A DNA stretch of 64,000 nucleotides from NCBI GenBank assembly GCA_963752155.1, contig CAVVXH010000010.1, forward strand, positions 1 through 64,000. Direction: 5' to 3'. This DNA comes from an uncultured Parachlamydiaceae bacterium. Its GTDB lineage: Bacteria > Chlamydiota > Chlamydiia > Chlamydiales > Parachlamydiaceae. Made by a program: the position numbers and the translations under genes. This document shows, piece by piece, positions 50,533 to 60,840 of the stretch; the stretch's first letter is position 1, and each line of letters opens with the position of its first letter. The notes under the pieces are model-generated. The model saw only the letters and a list, made by a program, of their open reading frames with translations, was not told where the DNA came from and made no database searches.

Positions 50533-52143
50533 ATGGAACCTGTAGAAAATTCTCAAATCTATTCTCAAATTCAAAATTTTTACTCATCCTCCAGTGAAAA
50601 ATTGAATAAAAAATTTAAAAATGAATTAAATGAATTGCATAAAACTGTTTTTTCTATTTATGAAGAGATCATTCGCATTAAAAAGCCCATCCTAGCATCT
50701 TCTAGCATGCTGCTTGATATACGTTCAAGATTATATACTATAAGAAAACATTTTTCTAAACTTCCTCATGTTTTAAATAAAATTAATGATTTGATCATAT
50801 ATATCAATAAAAATGAGCCTAGTTTTAGAGAAATGACTTTGATGATGCCCAAAGAATTTATACGAAATATTATCAAAATTGTATTAGATTTGGATTACGA
50901 TGAATTAGATAACTATAAAGTTGCAACCTTGGATGAATTTAAACTTGCTGATCTGATAAGTGATGGGCAAGCTAATATAAACAATTATTTAGATGATAGA
51001 AAAAGAGATGAATTTTTGCCACGAGATCAACAAAAATTTCAAATTCGAGTGGATAGATTGAACAAAATGTTTGGTTTTCATGGTTATCAAGATTGGCCTG
51101 ATGAAATTTTTCATGAATGTTTTAATTCAGTTAATTTCAATTTTAGATTTTTGAAGGAGCAGCTTCGTGAATCTGATTTGAATCTTGTATTGCCCCATTT
51201 AGAAAGATTAAATCGTTTCAATAATTTAATTGATATTCAAAATTTCAGTTCTATTATTACTCCATTACAGCAGCTAACATCTCTTAATTTAGGAAAATGT
51301 TATTCTCTCAATGATAGAACGATTCAGAAAATCAGTGTGTTGACAAATCTTAAATTTCTTTTTCTTGCGCATGTTCCTGGGATTACTGAGGAAAGTCTAA
51401 AATATATTCGGCCATTGACAAAATTGCAAATACTTGACTTGTCTCGATTTACTGAAGAACAACAGAAACGGCTTAACTTGCCAAGCCTGCGAGGTATCTC
51501 GGATCTTGTTCCACTCGTCAATTTGCGAATGTTAAATTTATCCAATTCTCCAATCCAGTTAAGTTTTAGACATCTTGCTCTATTGACAAATATGCAATTT
51601 CTTAATTTTGATTCTTGGCACGTTCCAAGGAGTAAAATCCTTAAAGAGAAAAATTTTAAACTTCTTGGTCAACTGACAAAGCTACATTTTCTGAATCTAA
51701 ATTATTATCCTCTTGATAACTCCGAGATCAAGTATTTAACATCGTTAACAAATTTGCGATCTCTTGCTATTTCTGGAACCCTAAATGATGAGGGTCTTAA
51801 ACATCTTTCTCCGCTGTGTCTTCAAAGCCTCAAGCTCCAAAGTTGTAGCATCACTGATGAAGGCGTTAAGGATTTTTCTATCTCAACGAGTTTGAAGAAT
51901 CTTACGAATTTAGATCTTTCGAATTGTAATGCTATAACACATAAAGCTTATGAACATCTTGCTCAGTTGGTTGCTTTAGAAGATCTTGATCTTTCTTGCA
52001 CTCAATTAACAAATCAAGGTTTTAGACATCTGATGCAGTTAACAGCATTAAAGGTGTTAAAAATTGTAGATTGTGATGGGATTGAGATAACCAATGAAAT
52101 TCAAGAATGTTTTGGAATGGTTCTTCAGATATATGGGATGTAA
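50533..52143 (+). CDS. Leucine-rich repeat protein (eukaryote-like, putative effector)
   Basis: Repeated LxxLxxLxL units (LTSLNL, LQILDLS, LEDLDLS); start MEPVENSQ after AAGGAG. Confidence 0.9.
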   Translation: MEPVENSQIYSQIQNFYSSSSEKLNKKFKNELNELHKTVFSIYEEIIRIKKPILASSSMLLDIRSRLYTIRKHFSKLPHVLNKINDLIIYINKNEPSFREMTLMMPKEFIRNIIKIVLDLDYDELDNYKVATLDEFKLADLISDGQANINNYLDDRKRDEFLPRDQQKFQIRVDRLNKMFGFHGYQDWPDEIFHECFNSVNFNFRFLKEQLRESDLNLVLPHLERLNRFNNLIDIQNFSSIITPLQQLTSLNLGKCYSLNDRTIQKISVLTNLKFLFLAHVPGITEESLKYIRPLTKLQILDLSRFTEEQQKRLNLPSLRGISDLVPLVNLRMLNLSNSPIQLSFRHLALLTNMQFLNFDSWHVPRSKILKEKNFKLLGQLTKLHFLNLNYYPLDNSEIKYLTSLTNLRSLAISGTLNDEGLKHLSPLCLQSLKLQSCSITDEGVKDFSISTSLKNLTNLDLSNCNAITHKAYEHLAQLVALEDLDLSCTQLTNQGFRHLMQLTALKVLKIVDCDGIEITNEIQECFGMVLQIYGM

Positions 52144-52252
52144 TTTTTAATGTGTTTTAGATGTTGAAAAATAGTTTGATTAAGCATATATTAAGTTTAA
52201 TGCTTTCATTGGTGAATATTTACTTACATCACAAACTATAACAAGGATAAAA

Positions 52253-53317
52253 ATGATGAACCCCGGAGAAATTAATAATCAGCAAACTCAGCAAACTTAC
52301 AATCAATATTATAAATTTGCTCATCGCACAGAAGTTTTGCTTAATTTTACAGCAAAATATCCAACCATCAGTTCGCAATTTAACGATTTGAAAAAGCAAA
52401 AGATCGACTTTGAAGAATCACCATTTTTTGTTCACGCGATTTTTTCGACGATTGTTAGATATCGTAAAACAGATAATTTTAAATATTTTATTAAAAATGT
52501 TAACAAGGATAATTTCGCTCGGTGCGCAAACGGTTTAACTCTTCCCAATTTTGATGATTCTAAAAAATGCATTACTTCAAAGCCATTGCATTCTCTTCTT
52601 TTTCAGGCTATCTGTCCAAATTTTACATCCACTTGCGATGAAAGGCTTAAGCTTGAGCCAAAATTAATAAATATTTTATTGGCTCATGATGATATTGATG
52701 TCAATTCACCTGTCATTGATTATTCAGGATGGGATGATTATGGCCTATTTATAATGCATGGAGGGACTCCTTTAGATATAGTGATAGAAAAAATCCGAAA
52801 TATTCCTTTAGCGCAAGCTCTATTGCTAAACGGAGCCAGATTAAAACTGCCTCTATCAGATAGGGGGCTAATATTTTATCAATCTGTTATTAATCCTTTA
52901 TATGCACCTTCTAAATGGTTAATTTTATCTAAAATATTCCCCAAGGAAATTCTTTCGAAGATTGTATATTACCAAATCAAAAATGCTGAACAAAAAGTTC
53001 TACCTGAAGATGGTAGCTTCCAAGGTCCCCCTCCACCCTATTTTGAAGCTTTACATGAATTGAGGATCAAATACTTATTTAATCAGAGTTATAGAAAATA
53101 TGTTAATAAAACAAAGGAACTAATGAATCTGAACAAGTTTTTTCTTCTATCTGCATCGGAACCTACACTAATAAGCGAGCTACGTTTTATGCTAAAAAAA
53201 GCTGAAATTCTTGGTATTGACATCGGAGTCTTGGATGAAGAATCAAAAAATGCTTTGGACATCGCACAAAAATGTAAGAACGAAGAAGCAATCATCCTTC
53301 TTAAATCGGTGGGGTGA
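52253..53317 (+). CDS. Ankyrin-like repeat protein, paralog 1
   Basis: DIDVN...GGTPLDIV...LLLNGA, NALDIA; close paralog of 54141..55259. Confidence 0.8.
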   Translation: MMNPGEINNQQTQQTYNQYYKFAHRTEVLLNFTAKYPTISSQFNDLKKQKIDFEESPFFVHAIFSTIVRYRKTDNFKYFIKNVNKDNFARCANGLTLPNFDDSKKCITSKPLHSLLFQAICPNFTSTCDERLKLEPKLINILLAHDDIDVNSPVIDYSGWDDYGLFIMHGGTPLDIVIEKIRNIPLAQALLLNGARLKLPLSDRGLIFYQSVINPLYAPSKWLILSKIFPKEILSKIVYYQIKNAEQKVLPEDGSFQGPPPPYFEALHELRIKYLFNQSYRKYVNKTKELMNLNKFFLLSASEPTLISELRFMLKKAEILGIDIGVLDEESKNALDIAQKCKNEEAIILLKSVG

Positions 53318-53321
53318 CATT

Positions 53322-53390
53322 ACCCAGCCTTCGCTTAGCCCTCCGGGACTGCGCTCAGACTGGGCTGTTGTATATCGGCCCTCCGGGACT
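53322..53390. repeat. GC-rich REP-like palindromic remnant
   Basis: CCCAGCCT...AGACTGGG stem with two GCCCTCCGGGACT units in AT-rich context. Confidence 0.55.
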
Positions 53391-53709
53391 TGTTTTACTA
53401 AAATAGGTCACCAATTCCATCTTTCTGATCAAAAGAAAGAATTTCGTTAATAACAGTTGTTCCAGGGGGAAAAATGGTCAGCATTCCTTGAGGCATTCAA
53501 AACTCCCAAATTGAATTTCTTAAGCTCAAGTATATCAAATAAGAAAAAAAGGGTCATATAAAATCCGAAAGGGAAAAATTTTCCCTTTCCGAGTTTTATT
53601 GAAAATGCCATCTCGATGCATTTTAAATGGCATATTTTGAAATCTATGGAATTTCACGAGTTCATGTCCTCTGGAGCTACAATTTGCGCAATTTCTTAGC
53701 TGTTACGAT

Positions 53710-53985
53710 TCGCGTAAGATCTCTTTGTGCTCTTTGCGCCTTCGTGCCTCCTAAATAACAAGTTCGCGCCTTGCCATTGGTGCCTGACCTGATATTCTGA
53801 CATTTGCCCTCCTGGGAGGTTATGTCATCATTGTAGGCAAATGTCAGAATATCAGGTCAGGCACCAATGGCAAGGCGCTTTAAAAATTTGTTATTTCCTA
53901 ATAGGGGGCGCCGCAGGCAACTGTCTCGCTTTGCGTTTAATTTTTTCCTATACTTGATATCTTAATATCGCAGCATCTTTCTCAC
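53710..53985. repeat. Partial element A carrying the same B cassette (B at 53766-53878)
   Basis: Near-identical to 7525-7755 but ending in the opposite A terminus (ATCGCAGCATCTTTCTC). Confidence 0.9.
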
Positions 53986-54140
53986 CCACCAAACAACTGG
54001 TCAGGCAACCGTCTCGCTTTTTTTTAACAAGATCTGTTTTAGATGTTGACAAATTAATTTTATTTAATATATATTAACCTTAATACTTTCATTTTTCATG
54101 GTGAGTATTTACTTACATCACAAACTATAACAAGGAAAAA

Positions 54141-55259
54141 ATGATGAACATCGAAGAAAATTATGCCAGGCAAACTTGCAGTCAATATTATAAATTTGCT
54201 CGTCTCACAAACGCTTGCCTTAATTTCACAGCACAATATCCAACCATCATTTCGCAATTTAACCAATTGAAAAAGGAAAAGAACGATTTTGAAGAATCTC
54301 CATTTTTTGTTCACGCGATTTTTTCGACAATTGTTGATAATCGTAAAACAGATAGTTTTAAATATTTTATTAAAAATATTAACAAAGATACTTTCGCTCG
54401 TTGTGCAAACGGTTTAACTCTTCCAGATTTTGATGATTCTAAAAAATGCGTTACTTCAAAGCCTTTGCATTCTCTTCTTTTTCATGCTATCTGTCCACAT
54501 TTTAAAACCGTTTGCCGTAAAATGGTTAACCCTGAGCCAAAATTAATAAATATTTTATTGGCTCATGATGATATTGATGTCAATTCACCTGTCATTGATC
54601 AATCAGGATGGCATGACTATGACTTATTTATAATGGATGGAGGGACTCCTTTAGATATAGTTATAGAGAAAATCCGAAATATTCCCTTAGCGCAAGCTCT
54701 ATTGCTAAACGGAGCCAGATTAAAACTGCCTCTATCAGATAGGGGGCTAATATTTTATCAATCTGTCATTACTCCCTTATATGAACCTTCAAAATGGTTA
54801 ATTTTATCTAAGTTTGACCCCCAATGTAAATTCCAAATATTCCCCGAGGAAGTTCTTTCGAAGATTGTATATTACCAAATCAAAAATGCTGAACAAAAAG
54901 TTCTACCTGAGGATGATCACTTCCCAATTGCCCCACCACCCTATTTTGAAGCTTTACATAAGTTGAGAAGCTTTAACTTATTCAATCAGAATGAAAGAAA
55001 ATATGTTTACAAAAGAAATGAATTTATGAATCTGAACAAGTTTTTCCTTCTATCTGCATCGGAACCTACACTAATAAGAGAGCTACAGTTTATGCTAAAA
55101 AATGCTAAAATTCTTGATATTGACATCGGAGTCTTGGATGAAGAATCAAAAAATGCTTTGGATATCGCACAAAAATGTAAGAACGAAGAAGCAATCATAC
55201 TTCTAGAAAGCGCAAATCACAAACCTAAGCATTCAAATAAGCCTTGTGTGATACAATAA
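54141..55259 (+). CDS. Ankyrin-like repeat protein, paralog 2, with C-terminal CaaX motif
   Basis: Same motifs as paralog 1; ends KPKHSNKPCVIQ. Confidence 0.8.
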   Translation: MMNIEENYARQTCSQYYKFARLTNACLNFTAQYPTIISQFNQLKKEKNDFEESPFFVHAIFSTIVDNRKTDSFKYFIKNINKDTFARCANGLTLPDFDDSKKCVTSKPLHSLLFHAICPHFKTVCRKMVNPEPKLINILLAHDDIDVNSPVIDQSGWHDYDLFIMDGGTPLDIVIEKIRNIPLAQALLLNGARLKLPLSDRGLIFYQSVITPLYEPSKWLILSKFDPQCKFQIFPEEVLSKIVYYQIKNAEQKVLPEDDHFPIAPPPYFEALHKLRSFNLFNQNERKYVYKRNEFMNLNKFFLLSASEPTLIRELQFMLKNAKILDIDIGVLDEESKNALDIAQKCKNEEAIILLESANHKPKHSNKPCVIQ

Positions 55260-55285
55260 CTTCTTATATCTCCAAAATATTTAGA

Positions 55286-55314
55286 TTGCGTATAAATCTT
55301 TTATATGTTACAGT
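55286..55314 (+). promoter_or_regulatory. Predicted sigma70-type promoter of the aro operon
   Basis: TTGCGT-17 nt-TACAGT with TG extended -10 element. Confidence 0.6.
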
Positions 55315-55343
55315 TAGGAAAAGAGCACAAAGGACACGTTAAG

Positions 55344-55403
55344 ATGAGCCAACAGCTGTACTTCTACTTCTATTACTTACCCACTTGGCGGGAGGCTGAC
55401 TGA
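55344..55403 (+). CDS. Leader peptide 1 (Tyr/Phe-rich) MSQQLYFYFYYLPTWREAD
   Basis: AAAGGA upstream; six consecutive Tyr/Phe codons at 55359-55376; followed by a terminator. Confidence 0.88.
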   Translation: MSQQLYFYFYYLPTWREAD

Positions 55404-55430
55404 TGCTGTAAAAAGCATTCGTGTCTCACA

Positions 55431-55457
55431 AATCCCGCCACAAGCGGGTTTTTTTTT
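55431..55457 (+). terminator. Attenuator terminator 1
   Basis: CCCGC-CACAA-GCGGG followed by 9 T; its 5' arm TCCCGCCA can instead pair with TGGCGGGA (55386-55393). Confidence 0.85.
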
Positions 55458-55492
55458 GCCCTAATATAATTTAATTTTTTTAAGGAATCCAA

Positions 55493-55588
55493 ATGTCTCT
55501 TATAAACTCTATCAAAACTCTCCCAAGTACAAATTGCTATTTCTATTTCTTTTTTTATTTTACTCCACCCATAGGCGGGAGCCCTTGA
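55493..55588 (+). CDS. Leader peptide 2 (Phe/Tyr-rich) MSLINSIKTLPSTNCYFYFFFYFTPPIGGSP
   Basis: TAAGGA SD; eight consecutive Phe/Tyr codons at 55538-55561. Confidence 0.88.
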   Translation: MSLINSIKTLPSTNCYFYFFFYFTPPIGGSP

Positions 55589-55622
55589 TCCCTTATTAGC
55601 TGATGCTAAATAGGTTTGAATC

Positions 55623-55653
55623 AGGCCCCGCCAAAAGGTGGGGCTTTTTTTTT
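55623..55653 (+). terminator. Attenuator terminator 2
   Basis: GCCCCGCC-AAAA-GGTGGGGC followed by 9 T; its 5' arm can instead pair with GGCGGG (55574-55579). Confidence 0.9.
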
Positions 55654-55693
55654 GTCCAAAAATCAAAATGTGATGTTATATAAAAGGAAAAAT

Positions 55694-56485
55694 ATGGATA
55701 TTTTAAGTTCAAATCCTGCGAATTTAATGATTGCAGGACCCTGTGCTTTGGAATCTCGAGATCAGCTTCGAGAGACTGTGGCCACCCTAAAAAAATTGGG
55801 AATAAATATGATTCGAGCTTCTTTATGGAAGCCCCGAACACTACCAGGCTGGGAAGGCCTTGGATGGATGGGCCTCCCCATTCTCTTAGAAGAAACAGTT
55901 CCGCATGGTCTAATCCCTGCCACTGAAATCATCACTGCAGAACATGCATTAATGGTTGTGCATGCCATGGAACAGAATGGCGAAAATGCTAAAATCATCG
56001 TTTGGTTAGGATCTCGCAATCAAAATCATATTGAACAAAAGAAAATTTCTAAAATTTTGGCCACAGGTCCCGGAGGGATTATCCTCATGTTCAAAAATCA
56101 AATGTGGGAAGATGAGCGTCATTGGTTGGGTATCTATGAACATATCATTTCTGAAGGATTCCCTCGCGAACGGCTGATGATTTGTCACCGAGGATTTTCC
56201 CCAGGAAAAATGAATAATCCAAAAGGACTGCGGAATCTACCCGATTTCGAAATGGCGATGAGAGTCAAAGAAAAAACGGGTTTACCAATGTTGCTGGATC
56301 CTTCTCACATTGGTGGGTCAACAGAAAATGTTATGGAAATTTGTTCTGCTGCTATGGCCTATGACTTTGATGGACATCTTGTAGAAATGCATTGTAATCC
56401 AGATAAAGCAAAGACAGATGCAAAACAACAGCTTTCCCCGGCTCAATTCCAAAGTTTATTGAAATGTGTTCGAAATCCTTCTTGA
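55694..56485 (+). CDS. aroF: DAHP synthase (type I-beta-like, no regulatory domain)
   Basis: IAGPCALES, WKPRT, HRGFS, DPSH, EMH...TDAKQQ; AAAAGGA SD before ATG 55694. Confidence 0.85.
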   Translation: MDILSSNPANLMIAGPCALESRDQLRETVATLKKLGINMIRASLWKPRTLPGWEGLGWMGLPILLEETVPHGLIPATEIITAEHALMVVHAMEQNGENAKIIVWLGSRNQNHIEQKKISKILATGPGGIILMFKNQMWEDERHWLGIYEHIISEGFPRERLMICHRGFSPGKMNNPKGLRNLPDFEMAMRVKEKTGLPMLLDPSHIGGSTENVMEICSAAMAYDFDGHLVEMHCNPDKAKTDAKQQLSPAQFQSLLKCVRNPS

Positions 56486-56493
56486 GGTGGGGC

Positions 56494-57326
56494 ATGGCAA
56501 CAATTACTTATCAAGGTGTTCTTGGAGCTTTTAGCTACATCACAGCCGTAAAGCTATTCGGAGAGGATCAAAATTATAAGGCTGCTTCTACTTTTAAGGA
56601 AGCATTTGATTATGTAAATGATGGAGAAGCGGATTATGCAGTTTTGCCCATTGAAAATAGCCTGATAGGTTCAATTTTCGAGAATTATGACCTTTTGAAT
56701 GCTTATGAGATGCTTATTATTGGAGAGCATTATATGCGCATTGAACATTGCCTTTTGGTATTGCCTTGCTTATCCGTTCTTAAGGACGTCAAAAAAGTAC
56801 TCTCGCATCCTAAAGCTCTGCAACAATGTACTGACTTTTTCCGCAATCATCCATGGATAGAGGCTGTCGTTCACATTGATACTGCAGCTGCTGCCAAAGA
56901 AGTGGCCGATCGAAAAGATCCGGCTTATGCAGCCATTGCAAGTGCTTTTGCAGGAGAATTCTATGGTTTAAAGATGATTGAGAGGGGCATTGAAGATGAT
57001 ATACAAAATTATACTCGTTTTATTATTCTAGCGAAAAAAGAAATGATCCTAGAAACGGCAGTTGAAGACGATAAATGTTCCTTAGTGATGCGTTTGAGAC
57101 ATCAACCTGGAACTCTTGCGAATGCTCTCGAATTATTTGGAAAATATGGATTTAATTTGACCAAGATCGAATCGCGACCTATTCGAGGAATCCTTTTGAG
57201 TATTTATTTTATGTGGACTTTAGTTTTGAACCTAGAGATGGGCATGTTATTCAGGCCTTAGAAAATCTAAAAGATGAAACAGAGTCTTTAAAGATTTTAG
57301 GATTTTATAAAAAAGGGACGTTATGA
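56494..57326 (+). CDS. pheA: Prephenate dehydratase (apparent frameshift near 57190)
   Basis: YQGVLGAFS, PIENSLIGS, SHPKALQQC, NYTRF, ACT domain LTKIESRP; the shifted frame continues PFEYLFYVDF to a stop overlapping the next ATG. Confidence 0.9.
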
Positions 57327-58381
57327 AAATGTTGCAAAAACTTCGAGATCGAATTGATTGGCTTGATGAACATATCGCTTTTTTGATGGATGCGAGAATG
57401 AAAACGGTCGATCAAGTCGGTCGATTAAAAAGTACTCTACATCAAGATGTCACAGACTTATCCCGAGAAGACAATGTTTTACAGCATGTGCAAGATGCCG
57501 TTCAACATCCTATTCTTAAAACTAACATTGTCAACATCTACAAAGAGATTATGTTGGAAGCGAGAGTGGCACAACAGTTTTTTAGACATACTTCTCAGCC
57601 CTTTCGAAGAATTGGTATTATTGGGCTTGGAATGATGGGTGCATCTATCTCTAAAGCACTTAAAACAAAGGATCCATTAATTGAGTTGTGTACGATCATG
57701 CATCCTGGCAATGATACTTCACAGGCTTATGCGGGGGGGTGGATAGATCGTATGTTCTCCACATTAGCTGAACTTATTGAAAATATAGATCTTATCATTT
57801 TGGCATCTCCAATTTCGACGATTATTGCTTATGCCAATGAAATAGCACAGCATGCCTCACAAAACAAAAAACTCATCGTTCTGGATATCGCAAGCGTCAA
57901 GCTAGACATTGTTAAAGCTTTTGAGGCTCTGACCAGTGAACAGATAGAGTATGTGGGATCTCATCCTATGGCCGGAAATGAAACCAGTGGTTTTGCAGGG
58001 AGTCAACCCACTCTATTTGTTAATAGGCCTTGGGTCATCGTTCCTCATTCCAAAAATACTGCAGAAACACTCGGTTCCATCGAAGAGTTAATTCAATTTT
58101 TTGGTGCAAAACTTACTTCTTTAGATGCTGAAATTCATGATCAAAGAGTTTCACTCATTTCACATCTGCCTGCATTTATTTCAAAATCATATTTAGATTT
58201 TGTAAATTCTACGGATCCTCAGAGCTCACTTATTGCAGGGCCAGGTTTCGAATCATTTACTCGACTTGCTAGCCAAAACGAGCAGATGCAAGTTGAAATA
58301 GAAAAATATAACAAGAACTTTATTCAAGCTTATTTAAAGCAATGGCTAGCAGTTCTGGAAAATAGAGAGGAACATTCATGA
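57323..58381 (+). CDS. tyrA: Chorismate mutase/prephenate dehydrogenase fusion
   Basis: AroQ-like LRDRIDWLD...RE N-terminus; GLGMMG, DIASVK, HPMAG, HD...ISHLP, TRLA. Confidence 0.9.
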   Translation: MKMLQKLRDRIDWLDEHIAFLMDARMKTVDQVGRLKSTLHQDVTDLSREDNVLQHVQDAVQHPILKTNIVNIYKEIMLEARVAQQFFRHTSQPFRRIGIIGLGMMGASISKALKTKDPLIELCTIMHPGNDTSQAYAGGWIDRMFSTLAELIENIDLIILASPISTIIAYANEIAQHASQNKKLIVLDIASVKLDIVKAFEALTSEQIEYVGSHPMAGNETSGFAGSQPTLFVNRPWVIVPHSKNTAETLGSIEELIQFFGAKLTSLDAEIHDQRVSLISHLPAFISKSYLDFVNSTDPQSSLIAGPGFESFTRLASQNEQMQVEIEKYNKNFIQAYLKQWLAVLENREEHS

Positions 58382-59544
58382 AACAATTATCTGCTTCAGC
58401 AACTGTTGCAATCAATGATTTAGCTCTAGAAAAAAAGAGCAAAGGAGAGAGGGTCTATAATTTCGCAGCTGGGGATCCAGTCCTTGTTAATCACCCTTCC
58501 ATTGGTGCAAGGGGCTGTTAAGCAAATTGAGAAGGGATTATCTCCGTACCCTCCTGTAGAGGGGCTTCCTCAATTGCGTGCATTGGCTGTAGATTGGGTG
58601 AACACCACATGCCATACGAGTTTTCACAAAGAGAATGTATTGGTCACATGTGGGGGCAAATTTGCTCTGTTTGCGATATTAGAATCCCTCCTCGAGCAAA
58701 ATCAAACGGTTTTAATCATTGCTCCTTATTGGGTTTCCTATCCTTCACTTGTTAAGATGGCTGGAGGAATCCCTAAAGTGATTTCAACTCATGCTGCAAA
58801 AAAGTGGAAAATCACACCGCAAGACCTTATAGAGCATCATTCGGTAGAGACTAAAGCGTTGATTTTTAATAGTGCTTGCAATCCAACTGGAACGGTCTAC
58901 ACGAAAGAAGAGGTTGCGGCCATTTTACGTACAGCAAGTGAATTGGGTCTGATGGTTATATCTGACGAGGTCTACAGTGGTCTTGTGTTTGAAGAGGAAT
59001 TTGTTTCTTGCGGTTCATTTCCTGAATATCGTGAGAACGTTATGATAGTCCAAAGTTGCTCAAAGAATTTTGCTATGGCGGGATGGAGAGTCGGATTTGC
59101 TTTTGGGCCTGAATCGATCATTGAACTTTTGGCCCGAGTTCAAAGTCAAACAACTACAAGTACTCCTTTGGCGAGTCAGTGGGCTGCAATAAGTGCTTTG
59201 GAGAACGCAGGGGTTGTGAATTCATATGTTAAACAGGCAATGAGAGCAAGAAGAGACATTTTTGTCTCCACTTATAACTCTCTTTTTTCTACTCCTATTG
59301 AAACGCCAAAGTCGGCTCTTTATGCCTTTTTATCCATGAGTTCACTTGGATTACCGCAAGAGGTCTCCTCCGGTTCATTTTGTAAGGAACTTATTTCAAA
59401 AGATAATTTAGCTGTTGCCCTGGAACTGCTTTTGGAGATGAAGAGTATGTGCGCTTTGCCTATTCAGAAACTGAAGACGAAATTCAAGAAGGATTACATG
59501 TGTTGCAATCTGCAATTGAACCAATTAGGAGAGAAAAATCATGA
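58378..59544 (+). CDS. PLP-dependent class I/II aminotransferase (AspC-like; apparent frameshifts near 58503 and 59418)
   Basis: FAAGDP, NPTG, SDEVY, SKNFAMAGWRVG, shifted-frame PGTAFG...VRFAY; ATGA overlaps at both ends. Confidence 0.88.
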
Positions 59545-60840
59545 GTCACTATCTTGTTAAAAAATCAACTACAAAGCGGGGAAATTGTCGTCCCTCCTTC
59601 AAAGTCTCATACTTTACGTGCCATTCTTTTTGGCGCATTAGGTCACGGAGAAACAAAAGTTCGCAATTACCTTGACTCGACATACTCAGCAATGATTGAA
59701 GCCTGTAGACTCCTTGGAGCTACTTTAGATGTCACTTCTACATCCATTACAATTCAAGGGACGAATGGAAAAATTGATTTTGGGAATAAAGATGTGATCC
59801 ATGCTGGAAATTCAGGAATAGTTCTCCGGTTCTGTGCGGCCATTGGAGCCCTTTCTTCGAATCCAATTGTGATCACAGGGGATCATTCCATCCGCCATCA
59901 AAGACCTATGAAGCCACTTCTTGATGGGCTTTCACAGCTAGGTGTCACTTCTTATTCCATGCGAGGAGATGGGTATGCGCCCATTATTACTTTCGGACCT
60001 ATTCGTTCTGGAAAAGTAATTATTTCCGGAGAGGATTCTCAGCCGGTTTCTGACTCCTCGATCGCTGCCGCTTTTGCCGAAGGGCCTATTGATTTAGAAG
60101 TGCGTAATGCCGGGGAAAAACCTTGGGTGGCTCTGACACTAGATTGGTTTGATCGTTTAGGGATCGCTTATGAACATCGAAATTTTGAGTCCTATCGTCT
60201 TTTTGGAAATAATCGCTATGAAGGATTTGATTATACAGTGCCAGGAGATTTAAGTTCAGCAGCATTTCCCATTACTGCAGCGTTGATTACAGGTTCAGAG
60301 CTAATTGTCAATAATATTGACATGCAAGATTCCCAGGGAGATAAAGAGCTCATTTTGACGCTCCAAAAAATGGGAGCTAGGATTGAAATTGATGAACATC
60401 TCAAAAAGTTAGTTGTAAAAAAGGGAAAACAACTTTCAGGGATATCTGTCGACATTAATAATTATGTGGATGCCATTACAATATTGGCAGTCGTCGCTTG
60501 CTATGCTGAAGGGGAGACGAGAATTGAAAATGCTGCAGTTGCTCGACAAAAGGAATGCAATCGCATTCAGAGCATCGCAACAGAGTTGCGTAAAATGGGA
60601 GCTGACATTCAAGAAACTGAGAATGGTTTGCGTATTAGAGGATCCAAACTTAAAGGAGCAGATGTAGAATCGTATAATGATCATCGAATGGTGATGTCGT
60701 TGTGTGTTGCAGGCTTAGGTGCTGAGGGTGAAACTAAAGTGGGCCCTGTGGAGTGTGTTTCAAAAACATTCCCTACGTTTAAAAAGGATTTTACACTTCT
60801 TGGAGCTATCCTAAGAGATGACTTGGAGACCTCTTCATGA
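59541..60840 (+). CDS. aroA: EPSP synthase (apparent frameshift near 59565)
   Basis: PPSKSHTLRA, GNSG, RPM, PGDLSSA, RQKECNRI, DHRMVM, KTFP. Confidence 0.95.

Noticed and set aside
55386..55388. Trp sensing by leader 1
   Set aside because: Single Trp codon inside the antiterminator strand; stalling there would block antitermination, and no trp genes follow.
55320..55660. T-box or metabolite riboswitch
   Set aside because: No T-box consensus (AAnnnGGGTGGnACC) or recognisable aptamer; the leader peptides explain the structure.
55373..55841. Minus-strand ORFs and the extended DAHP synthase start at 55616
   Set aside because: They overlap the attenuator structures; the SD-supported start is 55694.
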